Shown here piece after piece: positions 1 to 10,929 of a stretch of DNA of 32,000 bases. The position numbers were made by a program, and so were the translations under genes. Within the stretch, counting starts at the first letter, position 1. Every line of letters begins with the position of its first letter. Source of the stretch: Breznakia blatticola (GTDB lineage Bacteria; Bacillota_I; Bacilli_A; Erysipelotrichales; Erysipelotrichaceae); NCBI RefSeq assembly GCF_004365815.1, contig NZ_SODD01000004.1, forward strand, positions 1-32,000. Reading direction: 5' to 3'. The notes under the pieces are model-generated. The model searched no databases, had not been told where the DNA came from, and saw only the letters and a program-made list of their open reading frames with translations.

Positions 1-20
1 GAAATTGCAGAAATGTAGTA

Positions 21-45
21 AAAAGTGAAGCGATTCACTTTTTTT
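21..45 (+). terminator. Putative rho-independent terminator of the preceding off-window gene
   Basis: Hairpin AAAAGTGAA (21-29), loop GCGA, TTCACTTTT (34-42), running into a T tract to 45. The stem is AT-rich, so it is only moderately stable. It lies upstream of the predicted glyQS promoter. Confidence 0.45.
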
Positions 46-64
46 GCTATGCACGTATGTCGTA

Positions 65-93
65 TTGATAGAAATTGACTTTCGTGTTATTAT
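65..93 (+). promoter_or_regulatory. Sigma-A type promoter for glyQS
   Basis: -35 TTGATA (65-70), 17-bp spacer, extended -10 TGtTATTAT (85-93). It sits about 57 nt upstream of the ATG at 151. Confidence 0.5.
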
Positions 94-150
94 ATAGACT
101 GTATCATAATGTGTAAAATACACATTCTATATAGAAAAGAAGAGGATATT

Positions 151-1536
151 ATGAGTAAAAGTAACTTTGAAACAGTAGTTAATCATATGAAAAGTGTGGG
201 GTTTGTATACCAAGGTAGTGAAATCTACGGTGGTTTATCAAACACTTGGGACTTTGGTCCACTTGGAATTGAACTTAAAGATAATGTAAAAAAAGCTTGG
301 TGGCAAAAATTTATCCAGGAAGATCCAAATAATGTAGGGATGCAAAGTGCGATTTTAATGAACCCTCAAGTATGGGTTGCAAGTGGTCACGTTGGTGGAT
401 TCTCAGATCCATTAATGGACTGTAAATCTTGTCAAACACGTTATCGTGCTGACCAATTGATTGAAGACTTCTCAAAAGGAGAAGTAAATCCATCAGGATG
501 GTCAAAAGAAGAAATGAAAAACTATATTGAAGAACATCATGTAAATTGTCCAAATTGTGGAAAGCACGATTGGACAGATATTCGTGAATTCAATTTAATG
601 TTTAAAACATTCCAAGGAGTTACAGAAGATAGTAAGAATACCATTTACTTACGTCCTGAAACTGCGCAAGGAATCTTTGTAAACTTTAAGAATGTACAAC
701 GTACAATGCGTAAAAAACTACCATTTGGAATTGGTCAAATTGGTAAAAGTTTTAGAAATGAAATTACTCCTGGTAACTTTATCTTTAGAACAAGAGAGTT
801 CGAACAAATGGAACTTGAATTCTTCTGTAAACCTGGTGAAGATATCAAATGGTATGACTACTACAAAGATTACTGTATGAATTTCTTAACAACATTAGGA
901 ATTAAAGCGGATAACTTACGTTTACGTGAACATGATGCAGAAGAATTATCACACTATTCAAATGGAACAAGTGATATTGAATACCGTTACCAAATTGGTA
1001 AAGGAAATGATTGGGGAGAGTTATGGGGAATTGCTGACCGTACAGATTTTGACTTAACTGCTCACCAAAATGAAAGTAAAAAATCTCTTGAATATCAAGA
1101 TCCTCAAACAAATGAAAAATATGTACCATATTGTATTGAACCTTCAGTTGGGGTAGAACGTATGATGCTTGCAGTTATGTGTGATGCATATGAAGAAGAA
1201 CAACTTGAAAATGATACACGTAAAGTGCTTCATTTACACCCATTCTTAGCACCATATAAAGCATGTATTTTACCATTAAGTAAACAACTAGGTGATGAGG
1301 CAAAAGAAGTGTTTGCAAAATTAGCAAGTTTGTTTGCCATTACATATGATGAAACAGGAAGTATTGGAAAACGATACCGTCGTCAAGATGAAATCGGTAC
1401 ACCATTCTGTATTACATATGATTTTGATAGTAAAGATGATCACAGTGTAACGGTTCGTGACCGAGACACGATGGAACAAGTTCGTATTAAGATAGATGAA
1501 CTTGAAAGTTATATTGCAAGTAAGATTAAATTATAG
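151..1536 (+). CDS. glyQS: Glycine--tRNA ligase, single-chain alpha2 class II type
   Basis: ORF 109-1536. Start moved to ATG 151 (MSKSNFETV...), which has AGAGGA just upstream; 461 aa. Typical GlyRS N-terminus ([20 protein letters not shown]), class II motif 2 region ([25 protein letters not shown]) and C-terminal anticodon-binding domain ([19 protein letters not shown]). Confidence 0.95.
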   Translation: MSKSNFETVVNHMKSVGFVYQGSEIYGGLSNTWDFGPLGIELKDNVKKAWWQKFIQEDPNNVGMQSAILMNPQVWVASGHVGGFSDPLMDCKSCQTRYRADQLIEDFSKGEVNPSGWSKEEMKNYIEEHHVNCPNCGKHDWTDIREFNLMFKTFQGVTEDSKNTIYLRPETAQGIFVNFKNVQRTMRKKLPFGIGQIGKSFRNEITPGNFIFRTREFEQMELEFFCKPGEDIKWYDYYKDYCMNFLTTLGIKADNLRLREHDAEELSHYSNGTSDIEYRYQIGKGNDWGELWGIADRTDFDLTAHQNESKKSLEYQDPQTNEKYVPYCIEPSVGVERMMLAVMCDAYEEEQLENDTRKVLHLHPFLAPYKACILPLSKQLGDEAKEVFAKLASLFAITYDETGSIGKRYRRQDEIGTPFCITYDFDSKDDHSVTVRDRDTMEQVRIKIDELESYIASKIKL

Positions 1537-1547
1537 GAGATGATTTT

Positions 1548-3290
1548 GTGGCAAGAATCCCAGAAAATGTCATTAACGACATCCGAAATAAAAGTGATAT
1601 TGTTGATGTAATTTCACATTATATGCCTTTAGATAAAAAAGGAAAAAATTATGCTGGGGTATGCCCGTTTCATGATGACCATGACCCATCAATGTCTGTG
1701 CATGTAGATAAACAAATTTATCGTTGTTTTGCCTGCGGAGCTGGTGGGAATGTATTTACCTTTGTGCAAAACTATGAGAATGTTGGCTTTGTTGAAGCGG
1801 TAAAACGCGTTGCTGAAATTGAAAATATACCTTTTGATTATGATGTTGGTTCGAGTGTACCAAAAGTAGATCCAGCAAAAAAGGCATTATACAATGTATT
1901 GAATGATGCAATTGAATTTACAAACTATGAATTAAAATCACAAGAAGGAAAACCATTTTACGAGTATTTAAAAAGTCGTAATATCAATGATGCAATATTG
2001 GAAAAATTCCAAATTGGATTCAATCCAATCAATGATAAACTGTATCATTTCTTGCATGCGAAAAAGCATAGTGATGAAGATATTATAAAAACAGGTGTAG
2101 TACGTCTTACACAACAAGGATTGCGTGATGTATTCTACCATCGATTTATGATTCCAATTCATGATAGCTATGGAAATCCTGTAGGATTTACAGCACGTAT
2201 TATTGATGCATCAAGTGATGCAAAATACATCAATACTTCAGATACGCCAATTTATAGTAAAGGACACTTATTATTTAATTATCACCGAGCTAAGGATGAA
2301 GCAAGAAAAAGTGGTATAATTTATGTAGTGGAAGGTGCAATGGATGTACTTGCCTTGGAAAAGGCGGGAATCACCAATGGTGTTGCAACTCTTGGTACTG
2401 CAGCTACTGATAGTCAGTGTAAACTGATTCGTTATACCAATGCAAAAGTATACTTATTTTACGATGGTGATAAAGCAGGTCAAGAAGCAACCTATAAATT
2501 TGGTTTATTGAGCCAAAAACAAGGACTCCAAGTAGAAGTTGTAAAAAATGAACTTGGGTTAGATCCTGATGAAATTATTGAAACTTACGGAATTGAAGAA
2601 TTACAAAGTATTTGTAAGAAGACAATTTCGTGGATAGAGTTTATGATGAATTATTTAGCTAAGAAGTTTAACTTAGCAAATTATTCAGAAAAAAAAGAAT
2701 ATGCAAAGCTTGTTGGTGAACAAATTGCAAAACTGAAAGATGATTTTGAAAAAGAAAATTATTATTCATTATTGCAAGAATACAGCGGGTTTGATTTACG
2801 GAATATGAATCAACAGCCACAAACACCTACGCAAACGATTGTTGAAAATACAAATGTTTTGCGTAAGCCTCAACCAGGTATCGAAGTGGCACAGTATCAT
2901 ATCCTAAGTCAATTGTTGTTAGCAAAACAAGCCGGTGAGATCTTTCGACATGAACTAGGATTTCTACCTACAGATGCGTATAATCAATTAGCGCTTGCTA
3001 TGATTAACCATTATCGTGAACATGATACGATTGAAGTAGCCGATTTGCTAAACGCTTTAGAAGAAAAAGAAATGAAGGAACTTCTGTTACATGTGGTGGA
3101 CTGGAAATTAGCCTATCCAGAGTATTCAGATGTATTGCTTCGCGATTCCATCAAAAAAATCAAACGATGTATGGTGGATGAGAAAATTAAGAACTTAAGA
3201 CAACAAGCTACAGAATTGAGCGACCCTAAACAAAAAGCGAATATAGCTGTAGAAATCGCTAAGTTGAAAAGAGAGAAAGGGGATTACTAA
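1548..3290 (+). CDS. dnaG: DNA primase
   Basis: GTG start at 1548 with AGGAGA at 1535-1540. CHC2 zinc finger ([13 protein letters not shown]...[11 protein letters not shown]), TOPRIM domain (VVEGAMDVL...YDGDKAG). Sits immediately upstream of sigA, as in the conserved dnaG-sigA operon. Confidence 0.95.
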   Translation: MARIPENVINDIRNKSDIVDVISHYMPLDKKGKNYAGVCPFHDDHDPSMSVHVDKQIYRCFACGAGGNVFTFVQNYENVGFVEAVKRVAEIENIPFDYDVGSSVPKVDPAKKALYNVLNDAIEFTNYELKSQEGKPFYEYLKSRNINDAILEKFQIGFNPINDKLYHFLHAKKHSDEDIIKTGVVRLTQQGLRDVFYHRFMIPIHDSYGNPVGFTARIIDASSDAKYINTSDTPIYSKGHLLFNYHRAKDEARKSGIIYVVEGAMDVLALEKAGITNGVATLGTAATDSQCKLIRYTNAKVYLFYDGDKAGQEATYKFGLLSQKQGLQVEVVKNELGLDPDEIIETYGIEELQSICKKTISWIEFMMNYLAKKFNLANYSEKKEYAKLVGEQIAKLKDDFEKENYYSLLQEYSGFDLRNMNQQPQTPTQTIVENTNVLRKPQPGIEVAQYHILSQLLLAKQAGEIFRHELGFLPTDAYNQLALAMINHYREHDTIEVADLLNALEEKEMKELLLHVVDWKLAYPEYSDVLLRDSIKKIKRCMVDEKIKNLRQQATELSDPKQKANIAVEIAKLKREKGDY

Positions 3291-3291
3291 T

Positions 3292-4506
3292 ATGGCAAAA
3301 AAGAAAGTATTAGATGAAGTAAAAACATTAGATCAGGTAAAAGAGGATCTATTAAAAACACATAAAGAAAAAGGTAAAATTACCCAATCTTATATTGATA
3401 AACAAGTAGAACACTTGGATTTATCTGATCAAGATACTGAGGATCTATTCGCTTGGTTTACACAAAATAACATTCCAATTGATGAAGATGACTTAGAAAT
3501 TGACGAAAGTACAATCGTTGAAGGAAAAGATGACAAAATCGATGTGGAAGATGTTGATGATGTTGATGATGCTTTGCTTAGTGAACTAGGTGAAGATGAA
3601 GAAGAAGATAAAAAAGAATTAAGTGATTTGGAAACGTTGGAACAATCCTTTGCGGCAAGTAGCCAAAGTAAAGTAAATGATCCAGTTAAGATGTACTTAA
3701 AAGAAATTGGACGTGTAGAATTACTTGATCCAAAAGAGGAACCAGAAATTGCCAAACGTATTCAAGAAGGTGATGAAGAAGCGAAAAAGAAATTGATTGC
3801 AGCAAACCTTCGTCTTGTTGTTTCGATTGCCAAAAAATATGTAGGACGTGGAATGTTATTCCTTGATTTAATTCAAGAAGGTAACATGGGTCTAGCAAAA
3901 GCAGTAGAGAAATTTGACTATACAAAAGGGTTTAAATTCTCAACATATGCAACATGGTGGATTCGTCAAGCAATTACACGTGCGATCGCTGACCAAGCAC
4001 GTACGATTCGTATTCCAGTACATATGGTGGAAACCATCAATAAACTGACAAGAATTCAACGTCAACTTGTACAAGATTTAGGACGTGATCCAACTGCAGA
4101 AGAAATTGCAGAAAAAATGGGTGGAATTACACCAGAAAAAGTTCGTGAGATTCAAAAAATTGCCCTTGAACCAGTTTCGTTAGAAACACCAATTGGTGAA
4201 GAGGATGATTCTCACTTAGGTGACTTTATTGAAGATAAAGATGCAATGTCACCAGATGAATATGCAAATAACCAATTGTTGAAAGATGAAATCAATATGG
4301 TTCTTCAAGGGTTAACAGAACGTGAGGAAAAAGTATTACGTTTACGTTTTGGACTTTATGATGGACGCACAAGAACGCTCGAAGAAGTAGGTAAAGAATT
4401 TAATGTAACACGTGAACGTATTCGTCAAATTGAGGCGAAAGCGTTACGTAAACTAAAACACCCAACACGTTCGAAACGTTTAAAAGACTTCATGGACAAA
4501 CAATAG
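3292..4506 (+). CDS. sigA: Primary RNA polymerase sigma factor (sigma-70/SigA)
   Basis: Acidic region 1.1, region 2 ([30 protein letters not shown]), region 4.2 HTH ([30 protein letters not shown]). ATG lies 1 nt after the dnaG stop. Confidence 0.95.
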   Translation: MAKKKVLDEVKTLDQVKEDLLKTHKEKGKITQSYIDKQVEHLDLSDQDTEDLFAWFTQNNIPIDEDDLEIDESTIVEGKDDKIDVEDVDDVDDALLSELGEDEEEDKKELSDLETLEQSFAASSQSKVNDPVKMYLKEIGRVELLDPKEEPEIAKRIQEGDEEAKKKLIAANLRLVVSIAKKYVGRGMLFLDLIQEGNMGLAKAVEKFDYTKGFKFSTYATWWIRQAITRAIADQARTIRIPVHMVETINKLTRIQRQLVQDLGRDPTAEEIAEKMGGITPEKVREIQKIALEPVSLETPIGEEDDSHLGDFIEDKDAMSPDEYANNQLLKDEINMVLQGLTEREEKVLRLRFGLYDGRTRTLEEVGKEFNVTRERIRQIEAKALRKLKHPTRSKRLKDFMDKQ

Positions 4507-4507
4507 A

Positions 4508-5167
4508 ATGAAAATTTCCAAAAGACTTCAAGCAATTGCGGACTTCGTCGATCAAGATGCAATAATCGCGGATATTGGGTGTGATCATGCACAACTTGCT
4601 TGTGCGCTAGTCAACGATGGAATCGCAAAAAAGGCATATGCTTGTGATATTGGTCGTGAGCCATTAGAGGCTGCGAAAAAAACAATCGAAAGAAGTGAAT
4701 GTACAGATAAGGTTGAAGCAATCTTGTGTGATGGACTGGAACTTGTTCCAGCAGATGCAGATATCTTTATCATTGCTGGAATGGGCTTTGAAACGATAAA
4801 ACATATTCTTGAAAATAGTGAGGATAAGTTAAAACAAGCTCGTAAAATTATTATTCAATCCAATAAAGATGTAGAAAAACTAAGAATGTTCATCAGTGAA
4901 AAACGCTATCATATTCAGGAAGAAGTTGTTGTTCACGATCATCATTACTATCAAATTTTGGTGTTTGATGTGGCATGTGATGAGCCATTATCAAACGATG
5001 AAATTATGTTTGGACGCCGTATGGTGAAAAACAGTGTATTTCACCAATTTTGGTTCTCTCAACTAAAGAAATTTGAAGAAATCTACGCTGGAATGGAAAA
5101 AGAAGGTAGCAAAAAACAAGCAATTGGTGAAATTATCGAAAGAATTCAAAAGGAAATTGGAGTGTAA
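4508..5167 (+). CDS. trmK: tRNA (adenine22-N1)-methyltransferase TrmK family
   Basis: 219 aa. N-terminus KRLQAIADFV...IADIGCDHAQL plus IIAGMGF are characteristic of the TrmK/YqfN family. ATG lies 1 nt after the sigA stop. Confidence 0.8.
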   Translation: MKISKRLQAIADFVDQDAIIADIGCDHAQLACALVNDGIAKKAYACDIGREPLEAAKKTIERSECTDKVEAILCDGLELVPADADIFIIAGMGFETIKHILENSEDKLKQARKIIIQSNKDVEKLRMFISEKRYHIQEEVVVHDHHYYQILVFDVACDEPLSNDEIMFGRRMVKNSVFHQFWFSQLKKFEEIYAGMEKEGSKKQAIGEIIERIQKEIGV

Positions 5168-5189
5168 GACTCCCAATTTCCTTTTTTTT
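5152..5189 (+). terminator. Rho-independent terminator ending the dnaG-sigA-trmK unit
   Basis: GGAAATTGGAGT (5152-5163), loop GTAAG, ACTCCCAATTTCC (5169-5181, one bulged base), followed by T8. Overlaps the trmK stop codon. Confidence 0.7.
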
Positions 5190-5225
5190 AAAGTAAAATA
5201 AATGTAACAAGAAAGAAGGGGTGTA

Positions 5226-6191
5226 ATGATAGAAAAATATACGATTTCCTTAGCAGATGTTTCTTTTGATCAATATAGTCATCTATTTGGTCCACACGAA
5301 GCATATCTGGACGTAATACGTAACTACTATAAAGTGGAGATGGTATTTCGTGAGGAAAGTGTATCCATTATGCATGTGGATGAAGAAATTGCAAAACGAA
5401 TTGAAAAAGTAATTCGTTATATGATAAGTGCAAATGATGGAGGCTTACAAGTTAGAGAACGAGAAGTATTATATGCATGTAAGCTTGCCGATCAAGGAAA
5501 ACTCGATAAACTTGAAAAGATACATAAAGAAGTAATTAACCGTACAAACGATGGAAAGATCATCTATCCAAAAACATTAGGACAATCCTACTTGTTTAAA
5601 TGTATGCGTGAAAAGGATATCGTTTTTGCTACTGGGGTTGCTGGAACTGGGAAAACCTATCTTGCTGTAATGTATGCGGTAAGTCTATTAAAGAAAAATG
5701 ATGTAGAAAAAATCATCTTAACTAGACCTGCAGTAGAAGCAGGGGAGAGTTTAGGTTTTTTACCAGGTGATTTAAAGGAAAAAGTAGATCCTTATCTAAC
5801 GCCTTTATATGATGCATTAAATGATGCGTTAGGAGCAGATAGTGTGCAACGGTTGATTGATAAAGGAGTTATTGAGATTGCACCATTAGCATATATGCGT
5901 GGTCGTACATTAAATAATGCATTTATTATTCTTGATGAAGCACAAAACTCGACAAAATCGCAAATGAAGATGTTTTTAACACGTATGGGATTTAATTCCA
6001 AAGTTGTGGTTACTGGAGATGTTACACAAATTGACTTAATCAAGAAACATGATTCTGGATTGTTGAGTGCACGACAAGTATTACAAAATATTGAAGATAT
6101 TGCATTTGTTGAATTAACAAGTGCAGATGTTGTAAGAAACCCATTGGTTCAAAAAATTATCGATGCTTACGAAAAGTTCGATGAAAATTAA
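5226..6191 (+). CDS. phoH: PhoH-like ATPase (PhoH/YbeZ family)
   Basis: 321 aa. Walker A GVAGTGKTY, Walker B IILDEAQN, PhoH signature VVTGDVTQIDL. RBS GAAGGGGTG upstream. Confidence 0.9.
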   Translation: MIEKYTISLADVSFDQYSHLFGPHEAYLDVIRNYYKVEMVFREESVSIMHVDEEIAKRIEKVIRYMISANDGGLQVREREVLYACKLADQGKLDKLEKIHKEVINRTNDGKIIYPKTLGQSYLFKCMREKDIVFATGVAGTGKTYLAVMYAVSLLKKNDVEKIILTRPAVEAGESLGFLPGDLKEKVDPYLTPLYDALNDALGADSVQRLIDKGVIEIAPLAYMRGRTLNNAFIILDEAQNSTKSQMKMFLTRMGFNSKVVVTGDVTQIDLIKKHDSGLLSARQVLQNIEDIAFVELTSADVVRNPLVQKIIDAYEKFDEN

Positions 6192-6232
6192 GGATTAAAA
6201 TAAAAAGAAGTGAATACTAAATAGGTGATATT

Positions 6233-6700
6233 ATGAAGAGAATTTTACTTATTGGAGCATTCCTTCTTTTTTTATTTTGGAATAAGAATAGTTATGTTGA
6301 TTTAGAAGATTATCAATCAAAGGAAATTGAAGTTGAAATAAAAGGAGAAGTAATGCATCCTGGAGTTTATCAACTGCCTTACAATGCAAAAACGAAGCAA
6401 CTTGTAGAAAAAGCACAACCTTTAGAACATGCAGACACATCATCGCTGAATTTATCAAAACAACTTCGACATGAAGATGTAATTGTTATACCAGCTAAAA
6501 GTGAACGACAAAAGATCAGTATAAATGCTGGTTCTATTGAAGAATTAGCAAGTCTACCAGGTATTGGTCCAGCAACTGCTCAAAAGATCGTAGACTATCG
6601 AAATGAACATGGTGCATTTCAAAATGTTGAAGATATTATGCAGGTGAAGGGAATCAAGGAAAAGCTGTTTCTAAAGATTAAGGATTATATCTGTTTATAA
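6233..6700 (+). CDS. comEA: Competence protein ComEA (membrane-anchored DNA receptor)
   Basis: 155 aa. N-terminal hydrophobic anchor (ILLIGAFLLFLFW), SLBB-like segment (IKGEVMHPGVYQL), C-terminal helix-hairpin-helix DNA-binding motifs (LASLPGIGPATAQKIVDYRNEHGAFQNVEDIMQVKGI). Confidence 0.85.
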   Translation: MKRILLIGAFLLFLFWNKNSYVDLEDYQSKEIEVEIKGEVMHPGVYQLPYNAKTKQLVEKAQPLEHADTSSLNLSKQLRHEDVIVIPAKSERQKISINAGSIEELASLPGIGPATAQKIVDYRNEHGAFQNVEDIMQVKGIKEKLFLKIKDYICL

Positions 6701-8628
6701 TGCAATACATTGGATATATATGGATTAGTGCAATACTGCTAATCATCAATGGAGAATCCAAGACAAATCTTCTAATCATCATTTTGTCAATCGGCTATCT
6801 AACGTATAAAACACGTAGATTTATACTGTTTTGGCTTGTTGTGTTATGTGCATTTAATACACTGTTAATAAAGGAAGTTCCAGAAATGCCAGCACATACG
6901 ATCATTGAAGTTATAGATATAAAAGAAGGATATGTAGTTGGCAAAAGTGATAAGCAAAAGTTGTACATCTACAATATTGATAATGTAAGTTTTCATGATG
7001 TTATCCGTTTTGAAGGAAGTTATGAGAAAATTCATTCATATCAAAATCTTCATACATTTTCTTTTATGCAATATGCAAATCAAGAGGGAGCATATTATCA
7101 AGCGTATGCAAATGATTTTACAGTGCTCGCAAAAAGCAATTCACTTAAAGCAAATATGTATACATGGATTTCTCGACAAGATTCACCAGCTAAAGTATAT
7201 TTTCTAAATACTTTGTACAATCAAAAACAAGAGATGATGGAAATGACATTTTTAAGTGGGTTTCACATATATCTACTTGTCTCTTTACTAACAAAATATA
7301 CAAAACTTCATAAATGGCCAACCATTCTTGTTTGTTCAAGTGTTGCTTTAGTCTTTTTTCCTTTGCGTTTTTATATGCTTTCTTTATGTGTGCGTGCAGC
7401 AATCGAATGTCTATTTCCAAAACTAGAAAAAGCATATAAAATTCACGCATGGGCATTCCTACTATTATGTTATGATCCAAATTATTTGTATCATTTAGGA
7501 TATGTGATTTCTATAAGTTTAGCGACTATCTCAATTTTTAATATCGAAAAACGCTCACGACTATATCTTACTTGTTTGGTGTTAATTCCAATTCATCTGT
7601 ACTTCTTTCATGAGGTTAATATATTTGCAATTCTATGCTTTTCTTGGATTCAATATTTAAATACACTTATGTTTATTGTAAGTTTGGTTGGATTAATCAT
7701 TCCACAAATCTTTACACTTGTAGATTACTTGTTGCAAATACAAGCTCTTGTATCAAATTTAAAAATTGAGCAGCTCACAATCTATGGATTTCCACATGTA
7801 CTTTGGCTAATTACGTGGATATATCTTGTTTTGTGTATGATTAGTTATCGAAAGAAAAAGTATGTTGTATATCTAGCAATCTTATTAATAATTCAACACC
7901 AAATTCAATATATCTTACCTTATGGCGAAGTGATGTTTATTGATGTCGGTCAAGGTGATACGATATTTATTCGTGAACCATTTTACGGAAAGACGATGCT
8001 AATTGATGTAGCAGGTCACGTAAAAAGAGACGTTGCAAATGAGGTAATTTATCCAGTCTTAAAATCAAAAGGCATACGAAAAATTGATGTGGTTGCAATT
8101 AGTCATGATGATTATGATCATTCTGGTGGCTTAGATACACTTAAGGAGTTAATTCCTATTGATGCAGTTGTGCGTAGCGGAAACATTCAATTGGATCAAT
8201 TGTATTTCACAAATTTGAATGAACAACCAACTTCACTGGATGAGAACGAAAAAAGTATGGTTCTATTTGCGCATATCTACGGCTTTAACTATTTATTTAC
8301 TGGCGATGCTGGACTTGAAGTAGAAGATAAAATCATTCAAAGATATCGACAACTAGACATAGATATATTAAAGGTGAGCCATCATGGTTCCAATAGTGGT
8401 ACGGGATCCAACTTTCTTTCTGTGATACAACCTCATCTAGCGATAATTAGTAGTGGATACAATAATACATACAATCATCCACATGATGAAGTCATCGAAA
8501 ATTTAAAGAAGCAACGTTCACATATCTTTAACACACAAACACATGGGAGTATTCATTTTTATTTTATTAAAAACTTTCAACTCGTTAGGACAGCGACGCA
8601 AGAGTTTGGTATAATAACAAAGGAATGA
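6700..8628 (+). CDS. comEC: DNA internalization competence protein ComEC/Rec2
   Basis: 642 aa. TAATG overlap with comEA. N-terminal OB-like segment, polytopic competence domain, C-terminal metallo-beta-lactamase domain (FIDVGQGD...ISHDDYDHSGG...KVSHHGS). Confidence 0.9.
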   Translation: MQYIGYIWISAILLIINGESKTNLLIIILSIGYLTYKTRRFILFWLVVLCAFNTLLIKEVPEMPAHTIIEVIDIKEGYVVGKSDKQKLYIYNIDNVSFHDVIRFEGSYEKIHSYQNLHTFSFMQYANQEGAYYQAYANDFTVLAKSNSLKANMYTWISRQDSPAKVYFLNTLYNQKQEMMEMTFLSGFHIYLLVSLLTKYTKLHKWPTILVCSSVALVFFPLRFYMLSLCVRAAIECLFPKLEKAYKIHAWAFLLLCYDPNYLYHLGYVISISLATISIFNIEKRSRLYLTCLVLIPIHLYFFHEVNIFAILCFSWIQYLNTLMFIVSLVGLIIPQIFTLVDYLLQIQALVSNLKIEQLTIYGFPHVLWLITWIYLVLCMISYRKKKYVVYLAILLIIQHQIQYILPYGEVMFIDVGQGDTIFIREPFYGKTMLIDVAGHVKRDVANEVIYPVLKSKGIRKIDVVAISHDDYDHSGGLDTLKELIPIDAVVRSGNIQLDQLYFTNLNEQPTSLDENEKSMVLFAHIYGFNYLFTGDAGLEVEDKIIQRYRQLDIDILKVSHHGSNSGTGSNFLSVIQPHLAIISSGYNNTYNHPHDEVIENLKKQRSHIFNTQTHGSIHFYFIKNFQLVRTATQEFGIITKE

Positions 8629-9560
8629 ATTATACACTTATAGGAAGCGAGAGTTATCTTCGCAAACGAAAACTAAATCAATTAAAAAAAGAGCATGATA
8701 TTAACGATATGAATTTAATTACCTTTGACTATACAAAGGATACGATGGATCATATTTTAGAAGAATGTAACACCATGCCTTTTTTTAGTGAACATAAAAT
8801 GGTCGTTATTCAAAATTGTACGTTTTTTGGAGCATCAAATAAAGATACTGTAGATGAACTTGTTCACTACTTAGAAGCACCAAATCCAACAACAATTGTT
8901 GTTTTGGATTATGATGGAAAAAAAGATGCAAGAAAGAAAGTTGGAAAAGACCTAGCAAAACTGACAAAAGAGTTTCGTTTTGAGCAAATTAGTGAGGAAG
9001 AACGAAATCGAATGATTCGTGAAGAATGCCAAAAACGTCAAATCACAATGGATCAAGGAGCATTGCGAGAGTTTCAAATACGTGTAGGACTTGATTTGAA
9101 CCGTTTGTATACAGAGTTAGATAAACTTGAATTGCATGGTGGTCAAATTACGAAAGAAGTCATAGAAGCGCTTATTAGTCGTCCTATTGAAGATGATACA
9201 TTCTTGTTAAGTAATGCAATATTTACGCATGATACAAAAAAAGTGTTCTCATTGATTCGAGATTTTAAACAAAACAATGTCGAAATTATTGCGCTTATTG
9301 GTTTACTTGCTGCACAGTTCCGTTTTCTAGTGCAAGTACAAACACTGAAAAATGAAGGATACTCAAATGATAATATCGCGCGTGAGTTAAGTACATCACC
9401 AGGTCGCATTTGGCACACAGTTAAAAATGTAGGACAATATCGTAAAGAGGATTTACTTACTATTCTTAAAGATTTATCAATACTCGATCAAGATATAAAA
9501 ACTGGACGTATAGATAAACAACAAGGGTTTGAAGTCTTCTTATTAAAACATACAATGTAA
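8625..9560 (+). CDS. holA: DNA polymerase III delta subunit
   Basis: 311 aa. ATGA overlap with comEC. Position after comEC matches B. subtilis holA (yqeN). N-terminus (YLIGSESYL...) and overall length fit the delta subunit. The family is divergent, so the call leans partly on synteny. Confidence 0.8.
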   Translation: MNYTLIGSESYLRKRKLNQLKKEHDINDMNLITFDYTKDTMDHILEECNTMPFFSEHKMVVIQNCTFFGASNKDTVDELVHYLEAPNPTTIVVLDYDGKKDARKKVGKDLAKLTKEFRFEQISEEERNRMIREECQKRQITMDQGALREFQIRVGLDLNRLYTELDKLELHGGQITKEVIEALISRPIEDDTFLLSNAIFTHDTKKVFSLIRDFKQNNVEIIALIGLLAAQFRFLVQVQTLKNEGYSNDNIARELSTSPGRIWHTVKNVGQYRKEDLLTILKDLSILDQDIKTGRIDKQQGFEVFLLKHTM

Positions 9561-9565
9561 CATAG

Positions 9566-9603
9566 AAAAAAGGTTGTGGAATGAAATCCGCAACCTTTAA
9601 TTT
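9566..9603. terminator. Bidirectional terminator between holA (+) and rpsT (-)
   Basis: AAAAAAGGTTGTGGA (9566-9580), loop ATGAAA, TCCGCAACCTTT (9587-9598, one G-U pair). T-rich flanks on both strands. Confidence 0.75.
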
Positions 9604-9612
9604 ATTCATTTA

Positions 9613-9876
9613 CTATTTTACTGCGTTAACAGCTTTTGCTAAACGTGCTTTTTGTCTAGAAACATAATTCTTGTGATGGATGTTACTAGTAATTGAACGG
9701 TCTAATTGTTTGCTAGCTTCAGCGTATGCTTTAGTAGCAGCGTCCTTGTCGTTAGCTTCAACAGCACTTAAAACAGCTTTAATAGCAGTTTTAATTTTTG
9801 TTTTTTGTGATGCGTTAGCTAAACGTTTTTTATCATTAGTAATAACACGTTTCTTTTGAGATTTAATGTTAGGCAT
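9613..9876 (-). CDS. rpsT: 30S ribosomal protein S20
   Basis: ORF 9613-9924 trimmed to ATG at 9876 (MPNIKSQKKRV...), preceded by AGGAGGTG with a 5-nt spacing. 87 aa, basic, typical S20. Confidence 0.95.
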   Translation of the reverse strand: MPNIKSQKKRVITNDKKRLANASQKTKIKTAIKAVLSAVEANDKDAATKAYAEASKQLDRSITSNIHHKNYVSRQKARLAKAVNAVK

Positions 9877-9906
9877 TCTGACACCTCCTAATTTCAATGC
9901 TTTAAC

Positions 9907-9935
9907 ATTATAGCAATTGAACAAATAAAATGCAA
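9907..9935 (-). promoter_or_regulatory. Sigma-A promoter for rpsT
   Basis: On the minus strand: -35 TTGCAT (plus coords 9930-9935), 17-bp spacer, extended -10 TGcTATAAT (-10 hexamer at plus coords 9907-9912). Confidence 0.55.
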
Positions 9936-9944
9936 TAACAACCT

Positions 9945-9972
9945 TTAACTTTTAGGTAACTTCAAGTATAAT
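9945..9972 (+). promoter_or_regulatory. Putative sigma-A promoter for fmt
   Basis: -35 TTAACT (9945-9950), 16-bp spacer, -10 TATAAT (9967-9972). RBS GGGGTGA at 9984-9990. Confidence 0.45.
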
Positions 9973-9993
9973 GGTAAAGATTGGGGTGATGGT

Positions 9994-10929
9994 ATGAAAA
10001 ATATACGAATTGTATTCATGGGAACACCAGAATTTGCATGTTCCATTTTGAAGAGTTTAGTTGATGCAAAATACGACGTTGTCGGTGTGGTGAGTCAACC
10101 AGATAAACGCGTTGGAAGAAAGCAAATCATTCAAGAAACTCCAGTTAAAAAGTTAGCTTTGAGTTATGGAATTCAAGTGTTTCAACCATTGAAAATCAAA
10201 GATGATTATCAAGAGATACTCGATACAAAACCAGATCTTATCGTAACATGTGCATATGGACAATTTATTCCTGAAGTGGTATTACAAGCACCAACATATG
10301 GAGCGCTAAATGTACATGCTTCTTTACTACCTAAATTAAGAGGTGGAGCACCAATCCATAAAGCGATTATTTATGGTGAAAAGGAAACGGGTGTTTCAAT
10401 CATGCGAATGGTAAAGAAAATGGATGCTGGAGATTACATGTTGCAAGAGAAAGTTGCAATTACTGATGAAGACACAGCAGGAAGTTTACATGACAAACTG
10501 ATGATTGCAGGTGCTAAAGCGATCACAGAAGCCATTCCTTTGCTTGTTGACGGAAAAGCGATCTTTACGCCGCAAGATGAAAGTAAAGCAACATTTGCTT
10601 ACAATATTTCAAAAGAAGAAGAAATTATTGATTTAAGCAAACCTGTAGATGAAGTTTACAATCAAATTAGAGGTTTAATTCCATGGCCAGTTGGTTACAT
10701 TATGTTTTGTGAACGAAAGTTAAAAATTCATGGTGTAGCACGAACAACAGTAGAAACAAATGAACCTGTAGGAACTGTATTTCGCAAACAAGGAGATAAG
10801 AAAGGATTGTATCTTTCATGTCTAGGAGGATGCTTACAACTTACTAAGGTTCAACTAGAAGGGAAAAAAGCCTGTAGCTGTGCAGAATTCATTAATGGAA
10901 ATGGCGACAGGATAGTACTTTGCCGATGA
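9994..10929 (+). CDS. fmt: Methionyl-tRNA formyltransferase
   Basis: 311 aa. N-terminus IVFMGTPEFA, formyltransferase catalytic region NVHASLLPKLRGGAPI, C-terminal Fmt domain. Confidence 0.93.
   Translation: MKNIRIVFMGTPEFACSILKSLVDAKYDVVGVVSQPDKRVGRKQIIQETPVKKLALSYGIQVFQPLKIKDDYQEILDTKPDLIVTCAYGQFIPEVVLQAPTYGALNVHASLLPKLRGGAPIHKAIIYGEKETGVSIMRMVKKMDAGDYMLQEKVAITDEDTAGSLHDKLMIAGAKAITEAIPLLVDGKAIFTPQDESKATFAYNISKEEEIIDLSKPVDEVYNQIRGLIPWPVGYIMFCERKLKIHGVARTTVETNEPVGTVFRKQGDKKGLYLSCLGGCLQLTKVQLEGKKACSCAEFINGNGDRIVLCR

Noticed and set aside
1-150. T-box riboswitch leader upstream of glyQS (glyQS is the classical T-box-regulated gene in Bacillus), with the hairpin at 21-45 as its terminator.
   Set aside because: No T-box 14-mer (AGGGTGGNACCGCG-like) is visible. 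The hairpin is AT-rich, unlike T-box terminators. A good promoter (65-93) lies downstream of the hairpin and leaves only a ~57-nt leader. The hairpin is better explained as the terminator of the preceding gene. Sequence left of position 1 is unavailable, so an upstream element cannot be fully excluded.
109-150. Longer N-terminal extensions offered by the ORF track: glyQS from 109, rpsT to 9924, rhaB from 13284, rhaA from 14695, FHA-SEDS to 25426.
   Set aside because: In each case an internal ATG has a proper Shine-Dalgarno sequence and gives the family-typical N-terminus. The extensions run through terminators or promoters (for example, 13284 lies inside the lepA terminator) or encode implausible leader peptides.
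3429-3755. 108-aa Ser-rich antisense ORF opposite sigA. Similar antisense or alternate-frame ORFs include 311-553, 902-1129, 12313-12666, 16390-16719, 19530-19802, 20929-21234, 25889-26125, 26235-26531, 28500-28910 and 28953-29252.
   Set aside because: All lie entirely within strongly supported genes and lack RBSs. Their low-complexity composition mirrors the sense-strand codons: antisense of the GAA/GAT-rich acidic region gives Ser/Leu runs. They are treated as spurious.
5226-6191. PhoH-like ATPase as part of a PIN/PhoH or defence-type module.
   Set aside because: It is the standard ~320-aa housekeeping PhoH/YbeZ form without a PIN domain or a partner nuclease gene. It is flanked by trmK and comEA.
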